IMG/VR virus record: IMGVR_UViG_3300037264_006630
Coordinates: 1-64,000 of that record
Length of the DNA: 64,000 nt
Source of the DNA: a virus
Strand: one strand, 5' to 3'
Both the position numbers and the translations under genes were made by a program. The first letter of the stretch is position 1. Every line of letters begins with the position of its first letter. Shown here in pieces: positions 57,161 to 64,000 of this stretch. The notes beneath the pieces are model-generated. The model did no database searches and had not been told where the DNA came from. It saw only the letters and a program-made list of their open reading frames with translations.

Positions 57161-57486
57161 GTTGCTCCGCGGGAACGATCACGATTCGCCAGGGCGACCG
57201 CTGGCCGGCGCTCGAGCTTCCCGTGGCCGCTGGTTGCGACGAGGTGTTCGCCGCCGCCGACTACACCGGCTGGACGCTCCTCCTCGTAGGCCCGGCGACG
57301 ATCACCGGGGCGATGACCTTCGACGGGGTGGAGATGGTCGCGGTCTACACCTGGGCCGCCGGGTCCACCGACGTGCCCGGGACCTACGTGGCGCTGGTCC
57401 AGGCCACGCACATCGCGTCCGGCACCACCCGCACCTTCCCCGCCTCCGGTGGGGCCGAGGTCATCATCGTGGCCCTGCCGTCGTGA
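57157..57486 (+). CDS. BppU-N-terminal-like small Ig-fold protein
   Basis: IRQGDRWPAL...YTWAAGSTDVPGTY...RTFP. Confidence 0.55.
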   Translation: MSCSAGTITIRQGDRWPALELPVAAGCDEVFAAADYTGWTLLLVGPATITGAMTFDGVEMVAVYTWAAGSTDVPGTYVALVQATHIASGTTRTFPASGGAEVIIVALPS

Positions 57487-57599
57487 AGCGCCTCGCCTTC
57501 CTCCTGCACAACCTGATCGGCCACCCGATCGCCGGCGTGCTGTGGTTCCTGGGCTTCGAGAGGGCCGGCAACGCCATCCACCGGCTGGGCGCGCCGTGA
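57483..57599 (+). CDS. Small hypothetical protein
   Basis: LHNLIGHP motif. Confidence 0.55.
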   Translation: MKRLAFLLHNLIGHPIAGVLWFLGFERAGNAIHRLGAP

Positions 57600-57958
57600 G
57601 CGATCCGCCCCTGCCCTTCGACCTGTCCGAGCCAGCCGAGCTGAAGCGCCCGCTCGTAGTCGAGATGCCGCCACCGCGGGTCGAGATCCGCCACGACGAG
57701 CGCGGCCCGCGGGCCGTGGTACTGCCTGACCCGCCCGACGACGAGGTTGCGGAATGCCGCCGCCGCCGCATCGTCGCCGCGCGTGAGGGGACGACCGAGT
57801 GGGGGGACCTGGTGAAGTGCAGCGGGTGCTCCGATCAGTTCTTCGTCACGGAGGGCATGCACGCCTTCCACCTCGCCGTTTGCCCCGGCTGCGGTGCGGT
57901 TGGTGCGGAACCCGTCGACACGAGCCCGCACCGCGAGCCACCGGAAGGACCACGATGA
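57596..57958 (+). CDS. Zn-ribbon hypothetical protein
   Basis: CSGC...CPGCG. Confidence 0.6.
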   Translation: MSDPPLPFDLSEPAELKRPLVVEMPPPRVEIRHDERGPRAVVLPDPPDDEVAECRRRRIVAAREGTTEWGDLVKCSGCSDQFFVTEGMHAFHLAVCPGCGAVGAEPVDTSPHREPPEGPR

Positions 57959-58296
57959 GCAACCCCGACGACGATCCCCCGGACGCGACCCAGGTGGAGA
58001 CCGAGCTCCCACGCGCGGCGCCGCCGGCGGGGATGGTGGTGCAGCTCGTGCCGCGACCGACGCCGGACACCAAGGGGCCGACCGTCCACGCGACCACCAT
58101 CGAGATCCTCGAGCTGATGCTGGCGCAGGCCCGCAAGGGCGAAGCGACCTGCATCGTCGCCGTCACCTGGCACCCCGGTGGCCCGCCGCAGATCCGCATG
58201 AGCACCGATGACAAGGTGCTGGCCCTGGGCGCGCTCCGCACGATGGAGCACTGCGTCGTCCGCGACTGGCTCGACGGCGGAGTGATCAGCAAGTGA
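57955..58296 (+). CDS. Hypothetical protein
   Basis: Overlap-coupled. Confidence 0.65.
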   Translation: MSNPDDDPPDATQVETELPRAAPPAGMVVQLVPRPTPDTKGPTVHATTIEILELMLAQARKGEATCIVAVTWHPGGPPQIRMSTDDKVLALGALRTMEHCVVRDWLDGGVISK

Positions 58297-58673
58297 CCGC
58301 CCCTGCCGCCGACATCCCCGGCATCATCGCCAGGATCCGGGACGAGCTCGCCCGGTACGCCTGCGCGGGCCCGATCCCCATCACCTTCGAGGTCAGCCGC
58401 CACCCGACCTACGAGCGGGTCGTCATCACAGCGGTCGCCTCCGTGCCCGACGTGGACATCCACCGCGCGACAGGCGAGATGGTGATGCGCACGGTCCGGC
58501 ACACGCGCGTGATGAGCCCGCACGACCTGACGGAGACGGGCGAGGTCGTCGCGCAACTGGTGCGAGTGGCCTTCTCGCACGAGGCGGCGGAGTGGCTGAC
58601 CCGCGATGGGGTCGTGATCGACGACCGCCACAGGGCGCACCCGGCGCAGAAGACACCGTCCCCAACCGCATGA
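58293..58673 (+). CDS. Hypothetical protein
   Basis: AFSHEAAEWL...G.VIDD.H motif. Confidence 0.7.
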   Translation: MTAPAADIPGIIARIRDELARYACAGPIPITFEVSRHPTYERVVITAVASVPDVDIHRATGEMVMRTVRHTRVMSPHDLTETGEVVAQLVRVAFSHEAAEWLTRDGVVIDDRHRAHPAQKTPSPTA

Positions 58674-59419
58674 CCGAGGTACCCATGACGACCGATCCGA
58701 ACCAGCCAACCTTCACCAACGTCGCCGCGTTCAAGTCGCTCTATGCCGACATCGGCCGCGACTTCTACGCCGTCTACTGCGCGAGCAGCGGCGGCAAGAA
58801 CTTCCAGGGCAATCCCTGTCCTGCCTGGGACGATCTACCGGAGGCCGTGCGGGGCCACTGGAGCGTGGTCGCCCACCGCGCCTTCGAGTGGGTCCACGAC
58901 GCGGTCAAGGTCCCGGCGGAGAGCCTGGATGGCCTGCCCGACCCGCTGGCGGCGCTGGCGACCTACCAGTCGTACGCGGGGCCGAGCGCGCCGGTCCCGG
59001 CCAAGGCCGCCGCTCGCGCGGCGATGAAGGAGAGGCTGCTGGCAGAGGCCGCGCTCGGGACCATGCGCTGCGGCCGACGCGATGAAGGCGGTCCGCCCTC
59101 GGACTCGCCGACCCCGGACCGCTGGCACGATCGCGACGGCCGCCTGGTCTGTTCGTACTGCGGCTCCGCGCGCCCGGAGGACTTCCTCGCTCGCGCCGCC
59201 GCTGGCGAGCCGGTGACGCCGACCGACAAGAACTACAAGGTGTACATCGGCAAGAACTACAAGGTGTACTTCCAGCACTTCGACACCGCGCAGCGCGACG
59301 AGCTCGTCCGGCTGGTCAACGCCGGGGAACTGGTCTTCGAGCACCCCGGCTTCTTCTACGTGACGCCGTTCTTCATGACCCGCGTGGAGCCGCCGCCCAC
59401 GGTGACGGTGACCCCATGA
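58670..59419 (+). CDS. Two-domain hypothetical protein
   Basis: CSYCGS...VTPTDKNYKVY...YFQHF. Confidence 0.7.
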   Translation: MTEVPMTTDPNQPTFTNVAAFKSLYADIGRDFYAVYCASSGGKNFQGNPCPAWDDLPEAVRGHWSVVAHRAFEWVHDAVKVPAESLDGLPDPLAALATYQSYAGPSAPVPAKAAARAAMKERLLAEAALGTMRCGRRDEGGPPSDSPTPDRWHDRDGRLVCSYCGSARPEDFLARAAAGEPVTPTDKNYKVYIGKNYKVYFQHFDTAQRDELVRLVNAGELVFEHPGFFYVTPFFMTRVEPPPTVTVTP

Positions 59420-59742
59420 GCGACGTCCCTACCCACCTGCGCGGCGCCACCATCATGACGCCCGGCGACCGCATCCGACACGAGATCGCCCGCGCCGACC
59501 GTCGTGCCGAGGAGAAACTGGCGGCGGCCTTCCCGACCGACGATGGACCGGTGACCGATGTGGAGGTCAGGTCGCTGCGGGAGTGGCTGGCCTCCTGGGG
59601 GTCGGGGCCGAATCGGTACGACGGCACGGGTGCAACGGTGCCGTTCGCCAAGGTCACCCTGATCCGCCTGCTCGACGAGATCGAGCGCCTCCGCGCGTCC
59701 ACGCCCGCGCCCGTCTGCGAGAACGGCGAGGACGGGGCCTGA
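59416..59742 (+). CDS. Hypothetical protein
   Basis: Overlap-coupled. Confidence 0.65.
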   Translation: MSDVPTHLRGATIMTPGDRIRHEIARADRRAEEKLAAAFPTDDGPVTDVEVRSLREWLASWGSGPNRYDGTGATVPFAKVTLIRLLDEIERLRASTPAPVCENGEDGA

Positions 59743-59749
59743 TCGGTTC

Positions 59750-59825
59750 TGGTACCACCTGCGGGACTCGAACCCGCACCACCCGGGTCTGAGCCGGGTA
59801 CCTCTACCAGTTGGGCTAAGGTGGC
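59750..59825 (-). tRNA. tRNA-Leu(CAG), short variable arm, CCA encoded
   Basis: CCCGG-CTCAGAC-CCGGG; TTCGAGT; A73. Confidence 0.9.
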
Positions 59826-59829
59826 GTCG

Positions 59830-59904
59830 TGTCGCGGGCGGGGGTCGAACCCGCACTGTCCGGTCCCTCAGACCGGTGCCTCCTGCCAATTGGGCTACCG
59901 CGAC
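59830..59904 (-). tRNA. tRNA-Leu(GAG), short variable arm
   Basis: CCGGT-CTGAGGG-ACCGG; TTCGACC. Confidence 0.88.
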
Positions 59905-59908
59905 GAGG

Positions 59909-59980
59909 TGCCGGCGAGTGGACTCGAACCACCAACTCGCGATTTTTGGGATCGCAGCCTCTGCCTTGGGCTACGCCGGC
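59909..59980 (-). tRNA. tRNA-Leu(CAA) with C33
   Basis: GCGAT-CCCAAAA-ATCGC; TTCGAGT. Confidence 0.85.
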
Positions 59981-60007
59981 CAGCTCGTCAGACGCACGAA
60001 CGACAAC

Positions 60008-60097
60008 TCACGCCGATAGGCGGAGAAGTCGAAGTCGTGCGGAGAGCAATCGGCGGGTCACGTCACCCTGGTAGCACCGCGGCGCCGCCGTCGTCAA
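60008..60097 (-). promoter_or_regulatory. Promoter plus 17-aa Leu/Arg-rich leader ORF (60008-60061) upstream of the tRNA-Leu trio
   Basis: TTGACG-18-TACCAG-6-GTG; MTRRLLSARLRLLRLSA. Confidence 0.45.
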
Positions 60098-60098
60098 G

Positions 60099-60181
60099 CG
60101 GAAGGTGTAGGACTCGAACCCGCCCCACGAGGGGGCCACCGAGCTAGCAACCCGGGTCGCGCCCATGCGCGCTCACCTTCC
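60099..60181 (-). tRNA. tRNA-Ser(GCT)-like, long variable arm, imperfect T-stem
   Basis: GGAAGGT/ACCTTCC; CCGGG-TTGCTAG-CTCGG; G73. Confidence 0.8.
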
Positions 60182-60186
60182 AGTCG

Positions 60187-60272
60187 CGGAGGCGTAGGGA
60201 GTCGAACCCGGCCCCTTGCGGGGCATCCTGTTTTCGGGACAGGCGTGGCCACCAACGGCCACCTCCACCTCC
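60187..60272 (-). tRNA. tRNA-Ser(CGA)-like with C33 and imperfect T-stem; 5' end could be 60266
   Basis: CCTGT-CCCGAAA-ACAGG; variable arm GCCCC-GCAA-GGGGC; G73. Confidence 0.78.
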
Positions 60273-60344
60273 ATGCAGTGCGAGCCCCGAGAGGGGCTTC
60301 AAGAGCGACTGGATGAAGACGAGCGGCGGGTCACGAGCCGGACC

Positions 60345-60587
60345 CTACTCGTCCGAGCTCGGCGGCGCAAGCGCGATCTTGCAGGTCGTGCAACGAGCAC
60401 GGACACCGCCCCAGGACTCGGCCTCGTGGCCGCACTCGAGCTGGACGTGGTCGGGTGAGAAGATGGTCCCGGACGGCCGGAGCACTGCGACCACGCGGCG
60501 GAGTGGCGCACCACGTTTCTTCTTGCCGAGTCCGCCCGGCCCGATCGATCCGCCCTGCCGCATGTGCCTGTTGCTGATCCAACCCAT
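60345..60587 (-). CDS. Small Zn-ribbon protein leading into the tRNA operon
   Basis: SD AGGAGG; LECGH...RCTTC. Confidence 0.7.
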   Translation of the reverse strand: MGWISNRHMRQGGSIGPGGLGKKKRGAPLRRVVAVLRPSGTIFSPDHVQLECGHEAESWGGVRARCTTCKIALAPPSSDE

Positions 60588-60641
60588 CGTGACCTCCTGT
60601 GGTGTAGACGGTGCGCGTTGCACTCGATCCACGTACCGGGC

Positions 60642-60822
60642 GTCTCACCCAGCGCTGGACATCGGTTGGGTGGCCTGATACGAAGGTCGGAGCTCGTCTG
60701 CCAACGGCAGAAGGAGTACCGGGGCCGTCACCGCAAGGCGGCGTCTCCGAACTAGGGTTGCTAGCCTCGTAGATTCTCGAGACGCCGCTGTAAACGGCGC
60801 GCCTTGGCCAGCGTGGTGAGAC
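60642..60822. ncRNA. Candidate multibranched structured RNA in a divergent intergenic region
   Basis: Closing GTCTCACC/GGTGAGAC plus CCAGCG/CGCTGG; inner perfect 10-bp GCGGCGTCTC/GAGACGCCGC; several hairpins. Confidence 0.6.
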
Positions 60823-60838
60823 TCCACGGCAACCCACG

Positions 60839-61087
60839 ATGAGCGCCCCTGTGATGTACCGCCAGTGCGAGCTGCGCCGCGAGACGGCGACGGGAGTGGA
60901 GCGCTACGTCGCCTGGCTGCCCGCCGAGTTCCGCACCGGACGCATCGTGCGCATCGACGGTGAGGACTGTGTCTGGAAGATCGCGAGCCAGGGAGAAGCG
61001 CGCCCGGCCGAGATCGTCGAAGCGTACGAATCCAACGGACGGCGGGGCCTACCGTCAGTCTCGGGACACGCGCAGGAGATGGCGTAG
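60839..61087 (+). CDS. Hypothetical protein
   Basis: YRQCELRR...AWLP. Confidence 0.65.
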   Translation: MSAPVMYRQCELRRETATGVERYVAWLPAEFRTGRIVRIDGEDCVWKIASQGEARPAEIVEAYESNGRRGLPSVSGHAQEMA

Positions 61088-61312
61088 GTGAGCGAGGACG
61101 GCGACCCGCCTGACGAGGTGGCGGCGATGCGCGCCCGGAAGCATCCCGTGCTGGAGGATGATCTCCCCGGTGTCCCGGGAAAATTCGTGCTGCGTCTGCC
61201 CGGCTGCAAGCCGAACTACGTCTCCTCGTTCCGCGAGGACATGCGACGGGCAGACGCCTTCGTGGAGTCGTTCATGCGCGACTTCAAGAAGCCGCCGCGC
61301 GATCGCGCTTGA
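61088..61312 (+). CDS. Hypothetical protein
   Basis: Stop lies inside the next -35. Confidence 0.55.
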   Translation: MSEDGDPPDEVAAMRARKHPVLEDDLPGVPGKFVLRLPGCKPNYVSSFREDMRRADAFVESFMRDFKKPPRDRA

Positions 61313-61340
61313 CTCCGGGCCCGGCCTTGGACTAGACAAT
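61309..61340 (+). promoter_or_regulatory. Promoter for tRNA-fMet
   Basis: TTGACT-18-TAGACA(AT); TGGAC-TAG shared with 56102. Confidence 0.55.
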
Positions 61341-61398
61341 GATTCCGGCCCGGCCGCCTGGGAGTCGCGCTCCAGGGGGCCGGGAACCACCGGGATGA

Positions 61399-61472
61399 TG
61401 CGGGGTAGAGCAGCCTGGTCGCTCATCGGGCCCATAACCCGAAGATCGGTGGTTCAAATCCACTCCCCGCAA
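61399..61472 (+). tRNA. Initiator-like tRNA-Met(CAT) with C33 and paired T1-A72
   Basis: TGCGGGG/CCCCGCA; TCGGG-CCCATAA-CCCGA (three G-C pairs); TTCAAAT. Confidence 0.9.
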
Positions 61473-61486
61473 CTTGCCAAATGAAA

Positions 61487-61523
61487 GGACCGACGGCTGA
61501 TCACCGTCGGTCCGCTGTGTTTT
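61487..61523 (+). terminator. Intrinsic terminator
   Basis: GGACCGACGG/CCGTCGGTCC followed by a T tract. Confidence 0.7.
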
Positions 61524-61535
61524 CGGCCCATGACG

Positions 61536-61580
61536 TTGTCGCCCGCGACCGTTCGCGCGTACGGTGCGGCGCATGAAGAT
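61536..61580 (+). promoter_or_regulatory. Promoter/operator (site 13)
   Basis: TTGTCG-18-TACGGT-7-ATG; TTCGCGCG-N10-CGCATGAA. Confidence 0.8.
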
Positions 61581-62001
61581 CACCCTGACCCTCGACATCC
61601 CGGGACTGCCGTCACCCGACGCGCCCCACTCCTACCAGCTCGACGCGGCGTGCTTCAAGCTGCACGACATCGCCGACCCGGACGCCAAGCCGATCTACGT
61701 GGCCGCCACCGACAAGGACTTCGGCACCAGCGCGGTCGTCAGTGGCGACCTCCTGGTGACCGGCGAGGGCCACGTGGTCGACGGGTGCTGCCCGACCGAG
61801 GACGAGGAGTGCTGCGGCAACAGCAACTACTACGACCTCCGGGGCGCGACCATCAGCATCAGCCACGGCGAGTGCATCACCTCGGACGGCCTGGTCGCCG
61901 CTCTCAAGGCGGGTATCGCGCGAGCGTCGGCCGACGGTGCGGTGCGGCCTCGCTCCGGCTTCGACCCGCTCGTCGACTTCGCCCCGCCCAAGGAGACCTG
62001 A
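61573..62001 (+). CDS. Acidic hypothetical protein
   Basis: Starts at the operator ATG. Confidence 0.75.
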   Translation: MKITLTLDIPGLPSPDAPHSYQLDAACFKLHDIADPDAKPIYVAATDKDFGTSAVVSGDLLVTGEGHVVDGCCPTEDEECCGNSNYYDLRGATISISHGECITSDGLVAALKAGIARASADGAVRPRSGFDPLVDFAPPKET

Positions 62002-62063
62002 TCGGGCTTGACGGTGGCGCGGGCGAGGTGCATGTTCAAGGCGTAGAGCCCTGTCAGCGCGAG

Positions 62064-62099
62064 GTGGCCCCGGATGATCTCCGGGGCCACTGGCCTTTT
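62064..62099 (+). terminator. Strong hairpin + T tract shortly after a TTGACG-17-CATGTT promoter (62008)
   Basis: GTGGCCCCGGA/TCCGGGGCCAC. Confidence 0.65.
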
Positions 62100-62131
62100 C
62101 GGCGTCACACCTGGGCGGTATCCTCACGGGC

Positions 62132-62602
62132 ATGCGGCTCATCGTCGCTGGCTCGCGGTGGATCCCGGAGGGGGTCGCGCTCCTGATCGTGGACGCGATG
62201 ATCCGGGTCCACGATCTGCGCCCGACGGTCATCCTGTGCGGCAAGGCCCGCGGCCCGGACACCGCCGGTGAGACCTGGGCCAAACAGCGCGGCGTGAAGG
62301 TGGGCTACTACCCGGCGCTCTGGGGGATGTACGGCAACGGCGCCGGGCCGGAGCGGAATGAGCGGATGGCGATCGACGGGACCGACATGGTGGCGCTCTG
62401 GGACGGTCATTCGACCGGCACCGCGGACATGATCACCCGCGCCCGCAAGCGCTACGGCGACCTCCACGTCCACATCGCCAGACTCGAGCCGAGCCCGGCG
62501 ACGGCCGCGCGGTTGGACGAGGAACGGCGGGCGAAGGCGCGAGCTCGCCGGAAGCCACGGCCGCGTGCGGCGGATCTCGCGGCGGCGCCGGCACCCGCGT
62601 AG
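62132..62602 (+). CDS. SLOG family (DUF2493/YspA-like) protein
   Basis: LIVAGSR, CGKARGPD, AGPERNERM, ALWDG.STGT.DM. Confidence 0.88.
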   Translation: MRLIVAGSRWIPEGVALLIVDAMIRVHDLRPTVILCGKARGPDTAGETWAKQRGVKVGYYPALWGMYGNGAGPERNERMAIDGTDMVALWDGHSTGTADMITRARKRYGDLHVHIARLEPSPATAARLDEERRAKARARRKPRPRAADLAAAPAPA

Positions 62603-62612
62603 CCTCCGGCGC

Positions 62613-63002
62613 ATGTCCTCCAACACCCAGCTCCGCACGGACTTCCTGGCGATCCACACCGCGGTCGCCACCTTGCCGGTCCCGACCGACGCTACCGGCG
62701 GCGTCGCCGTGCCGCCCGAGTGGACGAACGAGCGGGCGTCCTCGATCTTCCTGCGGTTCACGAAGGCCGCCGCCGCCATGTCACTGGCCGCAGTCCAGGT
62801 CGCGATCTTCATGGACGACGGCAACTGGTACCGGACCGGACCCATCCTGAACGGCGGCACCGCCATCGTCCTCACCGACGCCGGCTACGTCGTCGAGGTC
62901 CCCGTCATGCTCAAGTCAGCCAAGCGGATCTCGGTGGTGGGTACGCCGACCGGGGCCGGCACGTTCACGGTCGCCGCCGCCGTGGTCGCCACCCAATACT
63001 GA
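62613..63002 (+). CDS. Hypothetical beta-sandwich (virion-like) protein
   Basis: T/A/V/G-rich. Confidence 0.65.
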   Translation: MSSNTQLRTDFLAIHTAVATLPVPTDATGGVAVPPEWTNERASSIFLRFTKAAAAMSLAAVQVAIFMDDGNWYRTGPILNGGTAIVLTDAGYVVEVPVMLKSAKRISVVGTPTGAGTFTVAAAVVATQY

Positions 63003-63020
63003 CGGTCGGATGGGCACCCC

Positions 63021-63440
63021 TCAGGGGTACGTGATGGTGGCGGTGTAGTGGCTGTAGCAGTGACCACCCTCCTCCGGGGAGATGACCTCGGCCGTCTCCG
63101 CGTAGAAGTCGATCCGCATGAAGTCGTGCTCGCCGATCTTGGAACCGAAGACGTGCGGGCAGATCCAGGTGCAGGTGGGCGACGGCCAGTTGGGCACGCA
63201 CTGCCAGTAGCAGAACGGCACGCCCTCCCAGGCGCCCGGCCTCGGCTCGCCGACGATCTGCGGCGTGTCGGTGTCGAGGTCGACCACCTCGAGCTCGTAC
63301 TGGTAGGTCGCCGCCGAGTAGAGGCAGGTCGTGTAGTCGATGCCGAGATCGACCTCGGCGGTCGGGGGCCAGGCCGCCGCCGTTCCGGTGGTGAGAGTGA
63401 GGACTGCGAGGGCTGCGATGACGATTCGTGAGGTCTTCAT
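63021..63440 (-). CDS. Putative secreted protein
   Basis: Signal peptide MKTSRIVIAALAVLTLTTGTAAA; TTGACT 36 nt upstream of ATG. Confidence 0.75.
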   Translation of the reverse strand: MKTSRIVIAALAVLTLTTGTAAAWPPTAEVDLGIDYTTCLYSAATYQYELEVVDLDTDTPQIVGEPRPGAWEGVPFCYWQCVPNWPSPTCTWICPHVFGSKIGEHDFMRIDFYAETAEVISPEEGGHCYSHYTATITYP

Positions 63441-63543
63441 GGCTGACGCTTTCTCACCCGTAGGGGTGGGAGTCAAGAAGCCGCGAGCAACGTGTTCGCG
63501 ACCGCCATCAAGACGCTACCCACTCGCCCGAGCGAACAGCCGA

Positions 63544-63837
63544 TCAGCGCCGCTGGCGCTTGCCGGTGGCCTTGGACTCGGACTCGCGGGCCATCTCGAC
63601 GAACGCCTCATCCCAGGTCTTGCCGGCGAGGATGCGGCGCAACTGCTCCTCGTAGTACCGCGCGGTCTCGGACCGGGCGCTCAGGAGCTCGGCTCGGTCG
63701 TCTTCGACGTCGGCGGCCTGCCCATCCTCGTCGGCGTTGTCCTTGGCTTCCTTGGCCAACTTCGAGATCTGGTCGCGCAGCCAGGAGGGATCGTTGACGC
63801 GGACGGCGGGGTCGGTTGGGGCGGCGGGCTTGGCCAT
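63544..63837 (-). CDS. Helical hypothetical protein
   Basis: SD AGGAGG upstream. Confidence 0.7.
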   Translation of the reverse strand: MAKPAAPTDPAVRVNDPSWLRDQISKLAKEAKDNADEDGQAADVEDDRAELLSARSETARYYEEQLRRILAGKTWDEAFVEMARESESKATGKRQRR

Positions 63838-63839
63838 GG

Positions 63840-64000
63840 CTACACCTCCTCCGTGTCGGGCAGCGACCAGCCGGTGATCTCGATCGAGACGTTGTCGGGG
63901 CCGCCGGGCGTCACGTCCGAGTAGTAGGTCCCGCGGTGGTGCTTGAGGTTGATGGCGCGCGTGCCGAAGGCGCGGTGGAGCCGGTCGAGCGCGTCGAAGG
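63840..64000 (-). CDS. Hypothetical protein, 5' truncated by window
   Basis: Open frame ending ...IEITGWSLPDTEEV*. Confidence 0.55.
   Translation of the reverse strand, partial: FDALDRLHRAFGTRAINLKHHRGTYYSDVTPGGPDNVSIEITGWSLPDTEEV

Noticed and set aside
59740-60280. tRNA-associated HDV-like (theta) ribozymes or an integrase att site
   Set aside because: No recognisable pseudoknot pattern in the short spacers; no duplicated tRNA 3' end or integrase in the window
1-64000. Stop-codon reassignment suggested by the RF2-like gene
   Set aside because: TGA, TAG and TAA all terminate well-formed genes; coding density is high in code 11; no suppressor tRNA

Overview
A 64-kb segment of what is most likely a large, high-GC bacteriophage, prophage or phage-plasmid. 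It holds about 120 tightly packed, mostly + strand small ORFs joined by ATGA/GTGA overlaps. It also carries seven tRNAs, nucleotide-metabolism genes (tmk, dcd, dCMP-deaminase-like, Nudix), helicase/ATPase genes and typical phage DUF genes (GP88-like, DUF5131-like, DUF6745-like, ASCH, SLOG). No capsid, terminase or integrase is visible. An FHA/sigma54-activator-like passenger gene and a GTTTQ-type thymidylate kinase hint at a Myxococcota host (inference). Main findings: (1) an RF2-like protein whose catalytic GGQ domain is cleanly deleted while the stop-codon-decoding domains 2/4 remain; (2) a 6051-bp IS903-like (IS5 family) cargo transposon with 16-bp TIRs and a 9-bp target duplication, carrying a single-chain R-M-S gene and regulators and splitting a phage gene; (3) 12-13 leaderless sigma70-type promoters sharing an 8-10-8 palindromic operator that includes the ATG; (4) a TnpB without TnpA or a left end, followed by a structured RNA with its own promoter; (5) several other candidate ncRNAs; (6) tRNAs with C33 in place of U33, and Ser tRNAs with shortened T-stems; (7) an iteron-like repeat cluster and a 12-bp NAT(W/R/K/E) tandem array. 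Several apparent single-base frameshifts fall in C or G runs and may be sequencing errors. Family assignments come from recognised motifs, not database searches.
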